Assembly: GCA_033193195.1 (NCBI GenBank)
Contig: GCA_033193195.1_4326.1
DNA from: a phage
Reading direction: 5' to 3' (one strand)
DNA length: 45,624 bases
The notes under the pieces: model-generated
What the model saw: the letters and a program-made list of their open reading frames with translations, nothing else
What the model was told of the DNA's origin: nothing
Database searches by the model: none
Position numbers and translations under genes: made by a program
Shown here: positions 45,616 through 45,624 of the stretch, piece after piece
How positions within the stretch are numbered: the stretch's first letter is position 1
How the letters are laid out: every line of letters begins with the position of its first letter

Positions 45616-45624
45616 TGGTCACAC

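Overview
The window reads as a complete or nearly complete ~45.6 kb genome of a lytic tailed phage (siphovirus-type), with lambda-like morphogenesis gene order and T1-like accessory content. Everything below is from reading the sequence and the ORF track by eye; no database or HMM search was run, so all family assignments are motif-level inferences. Layout: (i) 1-1948, plus strand: methyltransferase-like gene, small lipoprotein, one unknown gene. (ii) 1977-22034, minus strand: terminase small and large subunits, portal, minor head, scaffold, decoration-like, major capsid, neck proteins, major tail, G/G-T chaperones with a -1 frameshift site, tape measure, M/L/K/I/J-like tail tip genes. (iii) 22159-25286, minus strand: tRNA-Arg(CCU), HNH endonuclease, small genes. 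(iv) 25287-25886: AT-rich control region A. (v) 25960-29628, plus strand: small early-type genes and a P-loop protein. (vi) 29640-38073, minus strand: lysis cassette (holin, SAR-type endolysin, unimolecular spanin candidate), dNMP kinase, HAD nucleotidase, metallophosphoesterase, VRR-NUC-like nuclease, SF2 DECH-box helicase. (vii) 38170-42714, plus strand: HTH regulator, HNH-AP2 endonuclease, primase, 845-aa fibre. (viii) 42745-45107, minus strand: SSB, Erf-like annealase, exonuclease. (ix) 45108-45624: control region B, paralogous to A. No integrase, repressor or CRISPR array was seen. Most interesting: the helicase is interrupted in its DECH motif by an intein whose LAGLIDADG endonuclease core is broken by frameshifts and an in-frame stop, while the two splicing halves stay in frame with their exteins, so it is either a candidate naturally split (trans-splicing) intein or a dead helicase. 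Also notable: a ~15-copy promoter family with a conserved upstream element and transcribed leader; three accessory genes each carrying one in-frame stop (TAG, TAA, TGA); and two paralogous divergent control regions.
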